DNA of 40,619 nt, from contig RFSU01000001.1 in the NCBI GenBank assembly GCA_009923795.1, positions 1 through 40,619 on the forward strand, written 5' to 3'. The notes under the pieces are model-generated. The model did no database searches and was not told where the DNA came from. It saw nothing but the letters and a program-made list of their open reading frames with translations. The stretch comes from Sphingomonadaceae bacterium (GTDB lineage: Bacteria > Pseudomonadota > Alphaproteobacteria > Sphingomonadales > Sphingomonadaceae). Shown here one piece after another: positions 1 through 9,926 of this stretch (position 1 is its first letter; each line of letters begins with the position of its first letter). The position numbers and the translations under genes were made by a program.

Positions 1-2
1 GC

Positions 3-437
3 GTTCGCCCGCCCCCATCGCTGGTCAATATCTTTAAGGAGCTGGAGGCTGATTTGGGCATCTCACGCCCGCGCCATGGCTTTTTAGAGCATTGGGCGCA
101 GCAGGGCGTGTTGCTGCTCAACAGCGTCCTGACGGTGGAAATGGGGCAAGCGGCCTCGCATCAACGCAAAGGCTGGGAAGAGTTTACCGATGCCGTGGTG
201 CGCGCCGTCAATGATCGACCCGATCCCATCATCTTCCTGCTCTGGGGCACTTATGCCCAGAAGAAAGCGAGCTTTGTCGATACCAATCGCCATTTGGTGC
301 TGAAAGCGGCCCATCCCTCTCCGCTCTCGGCGCATAACGGTTTTCTGGGGTGTCGCCATTTTTCAAAGGCGAACAGCTTTCTGACATCCCACGGGCTGCC
401 GCCGATAGATTGGTCGCTGCCTGATAATCCGGCTTAA
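3..437 (+). CDS. ung: Uracil-DNA glycosylase, family 1 (5' truncated by window edge)
   Basis: Frame is open from nt 3 ([14 protein letters not shown]). Motifs [19 protein letters not shown] and HPSPLS are present. Confidence 0.95.
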   Translation, partial: VRPPPSLVNIFKELEADLGISRPRHGFLEHWAQQGVLLLNSVLTVEMGQAASHQRKGWEEFTDAVVRAVNDRPDPIIFLLWGTYAQKKASFVDTNRHLVLKAAHPSPLSAHNGFLGCRHFSKANSFLTSHGLPPIDWSLPDNPA

Positions 438-443
438 GCCCGC

Positions 444-1343
444 TTATTTGCGAACCAATGTCCCCGCACCGCCGCGCGTGAAGATTTCAAGCAGGGTCAC
501 ATGCGGGACACGACCATCCAGAATTACGGCCGCATCCACGCCGCCTTCGACGGCGGTTGTGCAGGTTTCCAGCTTGGGGATCATGCCGCCTGTGACGGTG
601 CCGTCGGCCTGAAGCTCGGCGATCCGCTGCGGATCAAGATCGGTCAGCAAATTACCTTGCTTATCGAGCACCCCTGCCACATCCGTCAGCAGGAACAAGC
701 GCGCGGCCTTTAAATGCGCAGCAATTGCCCCGGCCATCGTGTCCGCATTTATATTATAGGTGGCCCCCGTCTCATCCGGCGCAATAGGCGCCACGACGGG
801 GATCACGCCATTGCTGGTCAGCGTTTCCAATATTGCGGGGTTGACCGCGACAGGTTCGCCCACAAAGCCAATATCGACATTGCGTTCAATACCGCGATTG
901 GCGTCGGGCTCACGCCCTTCAATCCGGCGGGCGGTCACAAGACCCGCATCCTTGCCAGACAGGCCAACCGCCTGCCCGCCTGCCTGCATGATCCAGCCGA
1001 CGATTTCCTTGTTAATGGCCCCGGACAAGACCATTTCCGCGACATAGGCGGTCTCTTTATCGGTCACGCGCAAGCCGCCGACAAACTTCGATTCAATCCC
1101 AAGCTGCTTGAGCATCCGGCCGATCTGTGGCCCGCCGCCATGAACAACAATGGGGTTAATGCCCACGGCCTTCAGCAAAACCACATCCTCAGCAAAGCTG
1201 CGCGCCGCCTCTGGATCGCCCATGGCGTGGCCGCCATATTTCACGACAAAGGTCTGTCCGGCATAACGCTGAATATAGGGCAGCGCTTCGGTCAGGATTT
1301 CCGCCTTTGCAAGTGCGGTCTGGTCAGGTGCGTGGGTGCTCAT
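444..1343 (-). CDS. argB: Acetylglutamate kinase
   Basis: Motifs [30 protein letters not shown] and GGMIPK. Confidence 0.97.
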   Translation of the reverse strand: MSTHAPDQTALAKAEILTEALPYIQRYAGQTFVVKYGGHAMGDPEAARSFAEDVVLLKAVGINPIVVHGGGPQIGRMLKQLGIESKFVGGLRVTDKETAYVAEMVLSGAINKEIVGWIMQAGGQAVGLSGKDAGLVTARRIEGREPDANRGIERNVDIGFVGEPVAVNPAILETLTSNGVIPVVAPIAPDETGATYNINADTMAGAIAAHLKAARLFLLTDVAGVLDKQGNLLTDLDPQRIAELQADGTVTGGMIPKLETCTTAVEGGVDAAVILDGRVPHVTLLEIFTRGGAGTLVRK

Positions 1344-1355
1344 AATCTAGGCGCG

Positions 1356-1982
1356 CTATGCGGTCTCGGCATCCCGGTCAAGCTTCTGACCAAGACGCAC
1401 CATCCATGTGACAAGCAGCGGAACCATGATGATCGACAGAATAATCTTCGTCGTCATCTGCCCAAGCATCAGATCGGCAATCTCCCGCTCTCCATAAAAG
1501 GAGATGGAAATGAACAAGACTGTATCCAGAATTTGCGACAAAACGCTGGCGATCCCTGCGCGCAGCCAGAGCAAGCCGCCGTCCGGCCGCGCCAGCCGCG
1601 CAAAGACATAGACATTCAGCGTCTGCGACAGGCCATAAGCAATTAGTCCCGCAAACATCATCCGGCCACTCTGCCCCAAGATGATGGGAAAGGCTTCAAT
1701 CGCAGGTGGGTACATGCCTTCATCAACGGGCAGCGCAAGGACAATGCGGATCAGCAGGATCGACGTCACCAGCGGAATAAAGCCAAAGCGGACGAGCTTA
1801 TCCGCCGTCTCACGCCCGTAAAGCTCTGCAATCGCGCTGGAGGTGATGACCAGCAGCAAGAAGGGGAAAATCCCGGCTTCCACGGCCAAGGGGCCGAGCG
1901 CCACCTGCTTTGCCCCCAAAACCCCCGCAATGCAGACCATGCCGCCATAGAAGATTGAGAAAATAAATAAGGATTTCGGCAT
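1356..1982 (-). CDS. yhhQ: Queuosine precursor transporter (YhhQ/VUT family)
   Basis: Multi-TM protein with ELYG, LSQTLNVYVF and WLRAGIASVLSQILDTVLF segments typical of the family. The ATG at 1982 follows GAAGGGG. Confidence 0.85.
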   Translation of the reverse strand: MPKSLFIFSIFYGGMVCIAGVLGAKQVALGPLAVEAGIFPFLLLVITSSAIAELYGRETADKLVRFGFIPLVTSILLIRIVLALPVDEGMYPPAIEAFPIILGQSGRMMFAGLIAYGLSQTLNVYVFARLARPDGGLLWLRAGIASVLSQILDTVLFISISFYGEREIADLMLGQMTTKIILSIIMVPLLVTWMVRLGQKLDRDAETA

Positions 1983-2040
1983 GTTGGCCCCTTCCAATAC
2001 TGCTAATTGTCACTTTGGCGCGCCGTGGCGCTTTGTCAAA

Positions 2041-2910
2041 TCAGCGGGTTGGAACGGGCACTGGCCCGGAATAATCATAAAAGCCCCGGCCCGTTTTCCG
2101 ACCGAGCCATCCGGCCTCAACATATTTCACCAGCAAGGGTGCGGGGCGATATTTGCTATCCCCCGTCGTGTTATACAGCACCATGATGATATCAAGACAT
2201 GTATCGAGACCGACAAAATCAGCCAGCTCCAACGGGCCCATCGGGTGGTTGAGGCCGATGCGACAGCCCTTATCAATATCCTGAATATTGGCCGTCCCTT
2301 GCCCCAGCACAAAGACGGCTTCATTGATCATGGGCAGGAGGATGCGGTTAACGACAAAGCCGGGCTCATCCTCTGCATAGACAATTTCTTTTTTCAGTGT
2401 GTCGCAAAACGCGCTGACCGTCTCAACCGTCGCCTTGGACGTGGCGAGCCCCGGAATGACTTCGATCAGGCCCATCACGGGCACCGGATTGAAAAAGTGA
2501 ATGCCAATGAACCGCGCGGGATCGGGCGAAGCCTGCGCCATACGGGTGATCGGAATAGAGGAGGTATTCGACGCAAGGATCGCATCATCGCGCAGAGTTT
2601 TGCCAACGTCAGCAAAAATAGTGCGCTTAATATCTTCGCGTTCCGTTGCCGCCTCAATCACAAGATCCGCGGCCCCAAAGGAGCCACTGCCTGCAACGGG
2701 CGTAATCAATGCCAAGGCCGCATCGCGTGCCCCTTCGGTTATCTTTTCACGGTCAACCAGACGCTTCAGGCCCTTGGCGACTCCGGCTTTTCCAGCCTCT
2801 GCCCGGGCGAGATCGACATCAGACAATAGGACACGATAGCCCGCCTGCGCTGAAACCTGCGCAATGCCGGTTCCCATTTGACCAGCGCCGATAACTCCGA
2901 TTGTCTTCAC
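2041..2910 (-). CDS. hbd: 3-hydroxybutyryl-CoA (3-hydroxyacyl-CoA) dehydrogenase
   Basis: [10 protein letters not shown] Rossmann motif, [36 protein letters not shown] start. Confidence 0.93.
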   Translation of the reverse strand: MKTIGVIGAGQMGTGIAQVSAQAGYRVLLSDVDLARAEAGKAGVAKGLKRLVDREKITEGARDAALALITPVAGSGSFGAADLVIEAATEREDIKRTIFADVGKTLRDDAILASNTSSIPITRMAQASPDPARFIGIHFFNPVPVMGLIEVIPGLATSKATVETVSAFCDTLKKEIVYAEDEPGFVVNRILLPMINEAVFVLGQGTANIQDIDKGCRIGLNHPMGPLELADFVGLDTCLDIIMVLYNTTGDSKYRPAPLLVKYVEAGWLGRKTGRGFYDYSGPVPVPTR

Positions 2911-2994
2911 CCTATAATCTCCATTGTGACGTTTTCCTCAACGCCGCTCGTGGGGCATCTATCGACTCAACACGGCTTGGGCTAGTGTCTTGCC

Positions 2995-4014
2995 ATGCTG
3001 ATGCTGACCGCGCTCCTTTCGGCACTGACCGTCCCCAGCCCCGGCGAGTTAAAAAGCTTTGGGGATTGGACAATTGGTTGCGATAATGGCCGAGCCTGCC
3101 GCGCCGTATCCTTGATGGAGATGGAGACGAGCGAAAACCAATTGACCCTCCAGATTTCGAGAGGACCATTGGCGGGGGATATCGCCCAAATCCGCATCGC
3201 AAACATCGAGAAGCGGGAACCGGGCCAGCCTGTCCGGTTCATAGTTGATGGCAAGATGACGGTCGCCACAGTCACATTCCCGGCAGACGAAGACGCCATC
3301 ATTTTAGCTTTAGATCAGAAACTATCGGCCCAATTCCAAACCGGACGCAGGCTTGAACTGATGGATCCAGAGGACGTTCTGCTCGGCAGCACATCTCTAA
3401 ACGGCTTCACGGAAGCTGTGGCGGAGATAGATGCGCGTCAAGGCCGCAGCAACACGGTGACAGCCCTTGCACAAATAGGCCCAAATCCGGCCACTTCCAT
3501 TCCAGCACCTCCTGCCTTGCCTTTCGTCACCCCCAAAAAGCCGCCGAAAGAAGACATTCTGAAACTGACGTTTGACGAAACGAAGCGACTTTTGAGCATT
3601 GGGGCGTGTGACTTGGGCGATGAGACACCGATTGCCACAGATGCCGTGCGGCTTGACCGGAAGACCTGGCTCGGCCTCGTGCCCTGCGCCATGGGAAGTT
3701 ATAACATCATGACGGCCCCGGTGCTCATTTCAGGCCAAGGAAAGGCGCGAAAGGCAAAGCTTGCTGAATTTGATTTTCTGCCCAGCGCCTCGGTTTCTGT
3801 GACATCCCCGCTGCTCGCCAACGCCAACTGGGATCCAACAACGGGTGAACTTGCCAGCTATGCCAAAGGCCGAGGATTGGGCGATTGCGGCACGACGGAG
3901 ACCTATGTCTGGGATGGCAAGCGCTTTCGCCTCATCTCCCAAATAGCGATGGGCGAATGCCGGGGTGTGCTCGATTGGATTCCCACTTGGCGGGCAACGG
4001 TGCGCCGTCGCTAG
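2995..4014 (+). CDS. DUF1176-family exported protein
   Basis: Signal-like N-terminus, FGDWTIGCDNGRAC near the N-terminus, and KGRGLGDCG...YVWDGKRF...MGECRG at the C-terminus. Confidence 0.8.
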   Translation: MLMLTALLSALTVPSPGELKSFGDWTIGCDNGRACRAVSLMEMETSENQLTLQISRGPLAGDIAQIRIANIEKREPGQPVRFIVDGKMTVATVTFPADEDAIILALDQKLSAQFQTGRRLELMDPEDVLLGSTSLNGFTEAVAEIDARQGRSNTVTALAQIGPNPATSIPAPPALPFVTPKKPPKEDILKLTFDETKRLLSIGACDLGDETPIATDAVRLDRKTWLGLVPCAMGSYNIMTAPVLISGQGKARKAKLAEFDFLPSASVSVTSPLLANANWDPTTGELASYAKGRGLGDCGTTETYVWDGKRFRLISQIAMGECRGVLDWIPTWRATVRRR

Positions 4015-4016
4015 AA

Positions 4017-4583
4017 TCAGCGAGAGCCGCCCGGAACCCAAAGAATGTCGCCAGCGCCCTTTTCATTGGCATGGCGCGCGGCAACGAAAAGCCAATCCGA
4101 CAACCGATTGACGTAGCGCTGCGCCTCTGGGTTAATCGGCATGTCGCGTCGTGCGAAAACGAGACTACGCTCTGCCCTACGCGCCACAGCGCGCGCGACA
4201 TGCAGCGTGGCGGCAAGTGCACTCCCGCCGGGGAGAATGAAGCTTGTTAGCGCCGCCATATCGGCGTTCATCGCATCAATCTCATCCTCAAGGCGCCGCA
4301 CTTGGGACGGAATAATCCGCAACACCATTTCAGACGGGGTAAAATCATCCCCCGGCGTCGCAAGATCAGCCCCCAGATCAAATAGGTCATTCTGGATGGT
4401 GCGGATCGCGTGAAGCGTGTCGGCGGTCGCGTAAAGAGCGGCAACGCCAAGGCAGCTGTTCAGCTCATCCACGTCACCAATGACCGTCATCCGGGGATTA
4501 TCTTTGGAGGCGCGGCTGCCATCGACAAGGCCCGTCGTGCCATCATCGCCTGTGCGGGTGTAAATCTTGGTGAGTTTGACCAT
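4017..4583 (-). CDS. ATP:cob(I)alamin adenosyltransferase, PduO type
   Basis: Motifs KIYTRTGDDGTTGL, GDVDELNS, QNDLFDLGADLA, FILPGG, RRAER and NRLSDWLF. Confidence 0.93.
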   Translation of the reverse strand: MVKLTKIYTRTGDDGTTGLVDGSRASKDNPRMTVIGDVDELNSCLGVAALYATADTLHAIRTIQNDLFDLGADLATPGDDFTPSEMVLRIIPSQVRRLEDEIDAMNADMAALTSFILPGGSALAATLHVARAVARRAERSLVFARRDMPINPEAQRYVNRLSDWLFVAARHANEKGAGDILWVPGGSR

Positions 4584-4585
4584 GT

Positions 4586-4819
4586 TTAGCCGCGCGCGGC
4601 GAACAGCATTATGACGACAATCAAAATCGCCACAGCCTGAAACATCACGCGATGCATCATCGCCTTATTCTGCTTCTTGCTCGACTCGCTTGGGCCATCG
4701 CCCATATTTTTCAAATCTTCTTCTGTGGTCCGCAAAAAGGCGATGATGCCGCGAACGAGAGCATAGACTGTCGCCAGCATTGCTGCGACCAAAAGGATGA
4801 TAAGTGCTGTGTTTCCCAT
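4586..4819 (-). CDS. Twin-transmembrane-helix small protein (HIG1-like)
   Basis: Two hydrophobic helices with a QNKAMMHRVMFQAVA motif. It ends 2 nt before the pduO-type start. Confidence 0.75.
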   Translation of the reverse strand: MGNTALIILLVAAMLATVYALVRGIIAFLRTTEEDLKNMGDGPSESSKKQNKAMMHRVMFQAVAILIVVIMLFAARG

Positions 4820-4897
4820 AATGGTGGCGGCATAGACCGATGCCGCGTGAGAGCAAAGGCTTTCATGCACAGCATGGCCGAAAGAAGGTAGGTGGCC

Positions 4898-5752
4898 CTA
4901 GGCCGACAGACGATAGCCGTCCGGCAACTGGCCAAGGCGGAGCGCCGCCATAAGATCACCGGGATTGACGCCCTCCGCCCGAAGATCGGCAATGGCAATT
5001 GACCCGCGACGTTTGGCAAGCCTGCCCCCTTCTGCATCCAGCACCAAAGGATGGTGGTGGTAAAGCGGCGTCGGCAGATCAAGAACGGCCTGCAAAAGGC
5101 GGTGAATATGCGTCGAGTCAAACAGATCAGACCCCCGGACAATGTCCGTTACCCCTTGCCAGGCATCATCCACCACAACCGCAATATGATAGCTGGTGCC
5201 GGCATCCTTTCGCGCGACGATAACATCCCCAAGCAATTGAGGCTGTGCCGGCACGTGGCCAGCCTGCTGATCCTGCCAGAAGAGGGGTCCGGTGTGGTCC
5301 AGTGCAGCCTGTACATCAAGCCGCCAAGAAAATGGCAGCGGATCGGGCGACCCATCATAGCGATGCCGACAGGTGCCGGGATAGAGCCGTTGCGCGCCCT
5401 GCGGCGCTGACGCGGCTTGCGCTGCTATCTCCGCACGGGTGCACCAGCATCTATAGACCAGACCAAGGTCGATCAGACGGTGGAGCGCGTCTTCATACGC
5501 CGCAGATCGGTCTGACTGGCAGACGACATCCGCATCCCAGTTGAGGCCGAGCCAGCTTAGATCCTCCAATATGCTATCGACAAATTCTGCACGGCATCTG
5601 CCAGTGTCTATATCTTCAAGACGCAGCAAGAATTTGCCAGACCTCGCCCGCGCCAGATCATGGGATAGCATCGCCGAATAAGCATGGCCAAGATGCAGCC
5701 GCCCGGTCGGGCTTGGCGCAAAGCGCGTCACGCAATTTGTGTTCAATTGCAT
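4898..5752 (-). CDS. gluQ: tRNA glutamyl-Q(34) synthetase
   Basis: GluRS catalytic domain only: TRFAPSPTGRLHLGH, LRLEDID, CWCTR...YPGTC, VRGSDL, LAKR. No anticodon-binding domain. Confidence 0.92.
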   Translation of the reverse strand: MQLNTNCVTRFAPSPTGRLHLGHAYSAMLSHDLARARSGKFLLRLEDIDTGRCRAEFVDSILEDLSWLGLNWDADVVCQSDRSAAYEDALHRLIDLGLVYRCWCTRAEIAAQAASAPQGAQRLYPGTCRHRYDGSPDPLPFSWRLDVQAALDHTGPLFWQDQQAGHVPAQPQLLGDVIVARKDAGTSYHIAVVVDDAWQGVTDIVRGSDLFDSTHIHRLLQAVLDLPTPLYHHHPLVLDAEGGRLAKRRGSIAIADLRAEGVNPGDLMAALRLGQLPDGYRLSA

Positions 5753-5758
5753 ACTTGA

Positions 5759-5774
5759 CCCCAACATATTGTAG
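5759..5774. promoter_or_regulatory. NrdR-box-like palindrome between gluQ and the HNH gene
   Basis: CCCCAACATATTGTAG matches all strongly conserved positions of acaCwAtATaTwGtgt and overlaps TTGACC (5755-5760). Confidence 0.4.
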
Positions 5775-5845
5775 ATGCAGTCATAGAGATGCAATGTTCT
5801 TGGTCAAAGAAGGGCCAGTTGAAAAGAGGGGAATAAGAAGGGTTT

Positions 5846-6412
5846 ATGGTTCACCCTGAGTTACTTCGTCACCCAGATAATTGTCCGGCGCTGGTGCTCA
5901 ACGCGGATTACACGCCGCTGTCCTATTATCCGCTCTCGCTCTGGCCTTGGCAAACGGCCGTCAAAGCCATGTTTCTAGAGCGGGTGGATGTCATTGCCCA
6001 TTATGAGCGGGAAGTAAGAAGCGCCACGACACGGCTGCGGCTGCCCTCCGTTATTGCCTTGAAACAATATGTGAAACCATCTGCACATCCGGCCTTTACG
6101 CGATTCAACCTGTTCCTGCGCGACAAGTTTCAATGCCAATATTGCGGATCTCCAAAGGATTTAACCTTTGACCATGTCATCCCACGGTCCCAAGGGGGGC
6201 GCACGACATGGGAGAATGTGGCCACGGCATGCTCCCCCTGCAATTTGCGCAAAGGCGGCAGAACGCCAAGGGAAGCGGGCATCCGATTGATGCAAACGCC
6301 GCACCGGCCAACAACATGGCAGCTTCAGGATCATGGCCGCAGCTATCCGCCCAACCATCTGCATGAAAGCTGGCTGGATTGGCTTTATTGGGACATTGAA
6401 CTTCAGGCCTAA
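5846..6412 (+). CDS. HNH endonuclease (McrA/COG1403-like, zinc-binding)
   Basis: RDKFQCQYCG...DHVIPRSQGGRTTWENVATACSPCN, with N-terminal LVLNADY. Confidence 0.92.
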   Translation: MVHPELLRHPDNCPALVLNADYTPLSYYPLSLWPWQTAVKAMFLERVDVIAHYEREVRSATTRLRLPSVIALKQYVKPSAHPAFTRFNLFLRDKFQCQYCGSPKDLTFDHVIPRSQGGRTTWENVATACSPCNLRKGGRTPREAGIRLMQTPHRPTTWQLQDHGRSYPPNHLHESWLDWLYWDIELQA

Positions 6413-6418
6413 GCCGGC

Positions 6419-7789
6419 CTATTTCGGATCATAAGGGTTTTTGCCGCCGCGCAGCGTCAGCCGCACGGGAACAGCACCAAAGCCAAGCTCTTTGCGGATG
6501 CCATTGACGAGATAGCGGCGGTAGCTTTCGGGTAAATCATCCACGCGATTGCCAAAGACAACAAAGCTGGGTGGGCGCGTTTTGATCTGCGTCACATACC
6601 GCAGCTTAATCCGCTTGCCGCCCGGTGCGGGCGGAGGATTTTTGGTCAATGCCCCTTCAAACCAGCGGTTGAGCTGGCCGGTTGGAACCCGCTTGCTCCA
6701 CGCCGCGCGCACTTCAAACGCAGCTTGCAACAACTGATCAATGCCCTTGCCACTGGCGGCCGAGATAGTGAGCAAGGGCACGCCCTTGACCTGCGCAAAG
6801 CCTTCATCGAGCGCGGTACGCACGCCTTGGAACAGTGCGCTCCCATGCTCTACCGTATCCCATTTGTTGAGCGCGATGATCATGGCGCGCCCTTCGGTGA
6901 AAATCTGATCCGCGATACGCAGATCCTGCGCCTCAAGGCCGCGCGTGGCATCCAGCAAGAGCACCACGACTTCGGCAAAATCAATGGCGCGCTGCGTATC
7001 GGCGGCGGACAGTTTTTCTAGCTTGTCATCCACCTTGGCCTTGCGGCGCAAACCAGCCGTATCGATCAGGCGCACGGCACGATCTTGCCACATCCAGTCA
7101 ATGCTGATGGAGTCGCGCGTAATGCCCGCCTCTGGCCCGGTAATCATGCGATCTTCGCCGAGCATCCGGTTGACCAAGGTTGATTTGCCCGCATTGGGGC
7201 GGCCAACAATGGCGAGTTTCAGAGGGGCACGGGCAAGCGCCTCTTCATCTTCTTCCTCTTCTTCCGGTTCAAACTCTTCTTCTTCGCGCTCCACATGGGG
7301 CAGAAGTTCTTGGAACAGGTCGTCCAGCCCCTCGCCATGTTCCGCGCTGAATGGAATTGGGTCCCCAAGGCCAAGGCTATAGGCATCCAAAATGCCAGAC
7401 TGGCCCGCCCTGCCCTCCGCCTTATTGGCGAGCAGCACGATGGGAGTGGACAGACTGCGAAGCCAATTCGCAATTTCCTGATCCAGCGGCGTGATTCCCG
7501 CCCGTGAATCGATCACGAACAGCGCGACATCCGCACTTTGAGCTGCGGCCTCTGTTTGCGCACGCATGCGACCGGGCAGCGTTTGTGCATCCTCATCCTC
7601 GAAACCCGCGGTGTCGACAATGCGGAATTCCAGCCCAAGGAGATTGGCTTCTCCCTCGCGACGGTCGCGCGTTACACCGGGGCGGTCATCGACAAGCGCA
7701 AGGCGCTTGCCAACAAGCCGGTTGAACAAGGTTGATTTCCCAACATTGGGTCGCCCGATAATGGCAACCACGGGGAGCGCGGAGGCCAT
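6419..7789 (-). CDS. der: Ribosome biogenesis GTPase Der (EngA)
   Basis: Two G-domains (GRPNVGKS and GRPNAGKS, DTAG twice), an acidic linker and a C-terminal KH-like domain. Confidence 0.97.
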   Translation of the reverse strand: MASALPVVAIIGRPNVGKSTLFNRLVGKRLALVDDRPGVTRDRREGEANLLGLEFRIVDTAGFEDEDAQTLPGRMRAQTEAAAQSADVALFVIDSRAGITPLDQEIANWLRSLSTPIVLLANKAEGRAGQSGILDAYSLGLGDPIPFSAEHGEGLDDLFQELLPHVEREEEEFEPEEEEEDEEALARAPLKLAIVGRPNAGKSTLVNRMLGEDRMITGPEAGITRDSISIDWMWQDRAVRLIDTAGLRRKAKVDDKLEKLSAADTQRAIDFAEVVVLLLDATRGLEAQDLRIADQIFTEGRAMIIALNKWDTVEHGSALFQGVRTALDEGFAQVKGVPLLTISAASGKGIDQLLQAAFEVRAAWSKRVPTGQLNRWFEGALTKNPPPAPGGKRIKLRYVTQIKTRPPSFVVFGNRVDDLPESYRRYLVNGIRKELGFGAVPVRLTLRGGKNPYDPK

Positions 7790-7803
7790 TTTCTGAGGCC
7801 CCC

Positions 7804-9150
7804 TCAACGCCAGGCGGTCAGGCGACCGTCATTATCGAGGATGTAGAGCGTGTTGTCTGCAACAATGGGGGACAGCAACACTGGCCCGCCAGCCTTCGTC
7901 TCGCTCTGGATCTTTCCATCCGTTGGCGAGACATTGACCAGACGGCCTTCCGAGTTGGCGACGATCAGCCGATCCCCTGCCAGGATTGGCCCTACCCAAT
8001 TGATCGGATCTTTCTTCTTCTTTTCAACGCGATAGCGGGCGAGTTGAGTTGACCAGCGCACTTTGCCACTGCCGCGCGCGATGCAAAGAAGGCGGGCGTC
8101 ATCTGTGACCACAAACAGCCACTCACCAGCGACCCAGGGTGTTGAAATGCCCGCCAGGTTGATTTCCCAAAGGCGTTGACCTGTAACGAGCTCAAGGCTC
8201 ACCATCCGGCCGCCCTTGCCGACTGCAAACACACGGCCCCGATCCACAACCGGACTTGCATCAATATCTGCCAAGGCAGAAACAGAGGTGGTTGTACTGG
8301 TGCGGGTCAGGGCATCGCCCCAAAGAACACGACCATTTTCGTATCGATAGGCATTGAGCTCACCCGAAGAAAAGCCTGCGACAATCGTGCCCTGCCCAAT
8401 GGCGGGGGCCGCCATGCCGAACACGCCCGTCAGTTCGCTTGCGCCCGATTCCTGCCACTCAATAGAGCCATCAGAGGCCCGAATGGCGAAAATCTGATTG
8501 TCCGCCGCCATGACATAGATATTGCCAAGGCCGACCGAGGGCGCGCCGCGCAAGGGACCAGCAGGACGCTTCTTCCAAATGACACTGCCATCGGCTGCCT
8601 TTAATGCAGCAACATCGCCAAGACCATTTGTCACGTAGAGAACATCGCCCTCGACACTGACCCCGCCGCCCCAAAGCGCGCGCCGATCCTTGCCGCCATC
8701 GCCAAAGACAATGCTCCAAAGCTGACGGCCAGACCGCGTATCAAAGGCATAAACACGCGATTGCGTGTCCATGACGTATAATTTGCCGTCGGACACAACG
8801 GGCGCAGATGCCAATCGGGCCTTCTTGCTGGACCCGGAGATATTCGCGCGCCAAACCGGGCCAAGGGACGCGCCCAAGGCCACATGCTCCATTGCCTTTC
8901 CAGCATTGCCACCTGGTTGACTCCAAGCGGCATTGGACTGAGCTGGTGGCAAAAGAACGTCGACAGACGCCAAAGCAGGATCTGCCTCCGCAGCGGCTTC
9001 AGATGTCAGGATTGGCACTCTTTGACCCATTACAGGGGTCTTTGGCTTTTTGCCGCCGCCGCCGCCGCCGAAGACACCACAGGCGGAGACCGCCAGCATC
9101 ACGGGCAGCAGGACGAGAAACTTGATGCGCTTATGCGCCAATCGGATCAT
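7804..9150 (-). CDS. bamB: BamB-like PQQ-repeat beta-propeller lipoprotein
   Basis: Lipobox VSAC, repeated DG..xW propeller blades, and position in the yfgM-bamB-der cluster. Confidence 0.8.
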   Translation of the reverse strand: MIRLAHKRIKFLVLLPVMLAVSACGVFGGGGGGKKPKTPVMGQRVPILTSEAAAEADPALASVDVLLPPAQSNAAWSQPGGNAGKAMEHVALGASLGPVWRANISGSSKKARLASAPVVSDGKLYVMDTQSRVYAFDTRSGRQLWSIVFGDGGKDRRALWGGGVSVEGDVLYVTNGLGDVAALKAADGSVIWKKRPAGPLRGAPSVGLGNIYVMAADNQIFAIRASDGSIEWQESGASELTGVFGMAAPAIGQGTIVAGFSSGELNAYRYENGRVLWGDALTRTSTTTSVSALADIDASPVVDRGRVFAVGKGGRMVSLELVTGQRLWEINLAGISTPWVAGEWLFVVTDDARLLCIARGSGKVRWSTQLARYRVEKKKKDPINWVGPILAGDRLIVANSEGRLVNVSPTDGKIQSETKAGGPVLLSPIVADNTLYILDNDGRLTAWR

Positions 9151-9854
9151 TTGGCTTGTCCTTGTTCGGCCGGAAGGGCCAGTCGAGCATTGAGCGACGC
9201 CGACATGTTTCTTGCCCGGCCCCGGATCGACTCCGGAACCTTGGGATCAGCCGCAATATCAGCAAATAACTTTGCTGCAGGCTGAACGCGCTGCTTTTTC
9301 AGATAGGCAATAGCCACCATTTCGCCCGCACTGCCGAACCATGCATTATCGCGAACTGCCAAAGGCGAGAGACGCGCAATCACTTCATCCGGCGCCAACC
9401 GATCATATTGAACGGCAGTCTGCCGGATCAGGGCAAGATCACGCCAAGGCTGTGCGATCGTCTCATCCTTAGCGAGCTGACTATAAATCTTGGCAGCACC
9501 ATCCAAATTCTGCTTTTGTATCAGCAAAGCAGCCTCGGTCAGAAGCGCGGAAGCACGATATCCATCATTTGACGAGGTTTTGAGCTTTGCCAGAGCAGCC
9601 GATGCGCCAGCCTCATTGCCTTCGCTAGCGTTGCGCAATGCCTCATCAAAAACTTCGCTTTCAGCAGCAGATTGTTTCGCTCTCTGCTCCTGCCAGACCA
9701 ACCAACCTGCGAGTGCCGCAAGTCCAAGGACAATGGCCGCCAAAATCCAGCGGCCATAGGATTTCCAAAAACCCGAGAGCCGGTCGCGGCGCAGCTCTTC
9801 ATCGACTTCGCGGATGAAGCTGTCTTCAGTGCTAATGGTGGGCGGCAAAGCCAA
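9147..9854 (-). CDS. YfgM-like tetratricopeptide repeat membrane protein
   Basis: FIREVDEELRRD, one N-terminal TM helix and helical repeats. TTG start. ATGA overlap with bamB. Confidence 0.82.
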   Translation of the reverse strand: MALPPTISTEDSFIREVDEELRRDRLSGFWKSYGRWILAAIVLGLAALAGWLVWQEQRAKQSAAESEVFDEALRNASEGNEAGASAALAKLKTSSNDGYRASALLTEAALLIQKQNLDGAAKIYSQLAKDETIAQPWRDLALIRQTAVQYDRLAPDEVIARLSPLAVRDNAWFGSAGEMVAIAYLKKQRVQPAAKLFADIAADPKVPESIRGRARNMSASLNARLALPAEQGQAK

Positions 9855-9926
9855 AACAGGTCTCCCCAGTCAAATCTGCCTGATCCCTTAGCCGGGCCTT
9901 GGCCAGAGGGAAAGCGTCTTAGGTCT

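Noticed and set aside
714-1646. 310-aa plus-strand ORF
   Set aside because: Antisense shadow of argB/yhhQ with no recognisable motifs, as expected in GC-rich DNA.
1983-2040. Possible preQ1 riboswitch upstream of the queuosine-precursor transporter
   Set aside because: Only 58 nt, mostly taken up by a promoter-like sequence. No preQ1 stem-loop or A-rich tail is visible.
5846-6412. HNH gene as a restriction, CRISPR or IscB-type system
   Set aside because: No methyltransferase, cas gene, repeat array, RuvC motifs or transposon ends nearby. Composition is host-like.
7241-7290. TCT/TCC-rich repeat in der
   Set aside because: Encodes the normal acidic linker between the two GTPase domains.
9052-9069. 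(GCC)6 tract in bamB as a phase-variation repeat
   Set aside because: In-frame trinucleotide encoding a poly-Gly linker after the lipobox. Slippage would not shift the frame.
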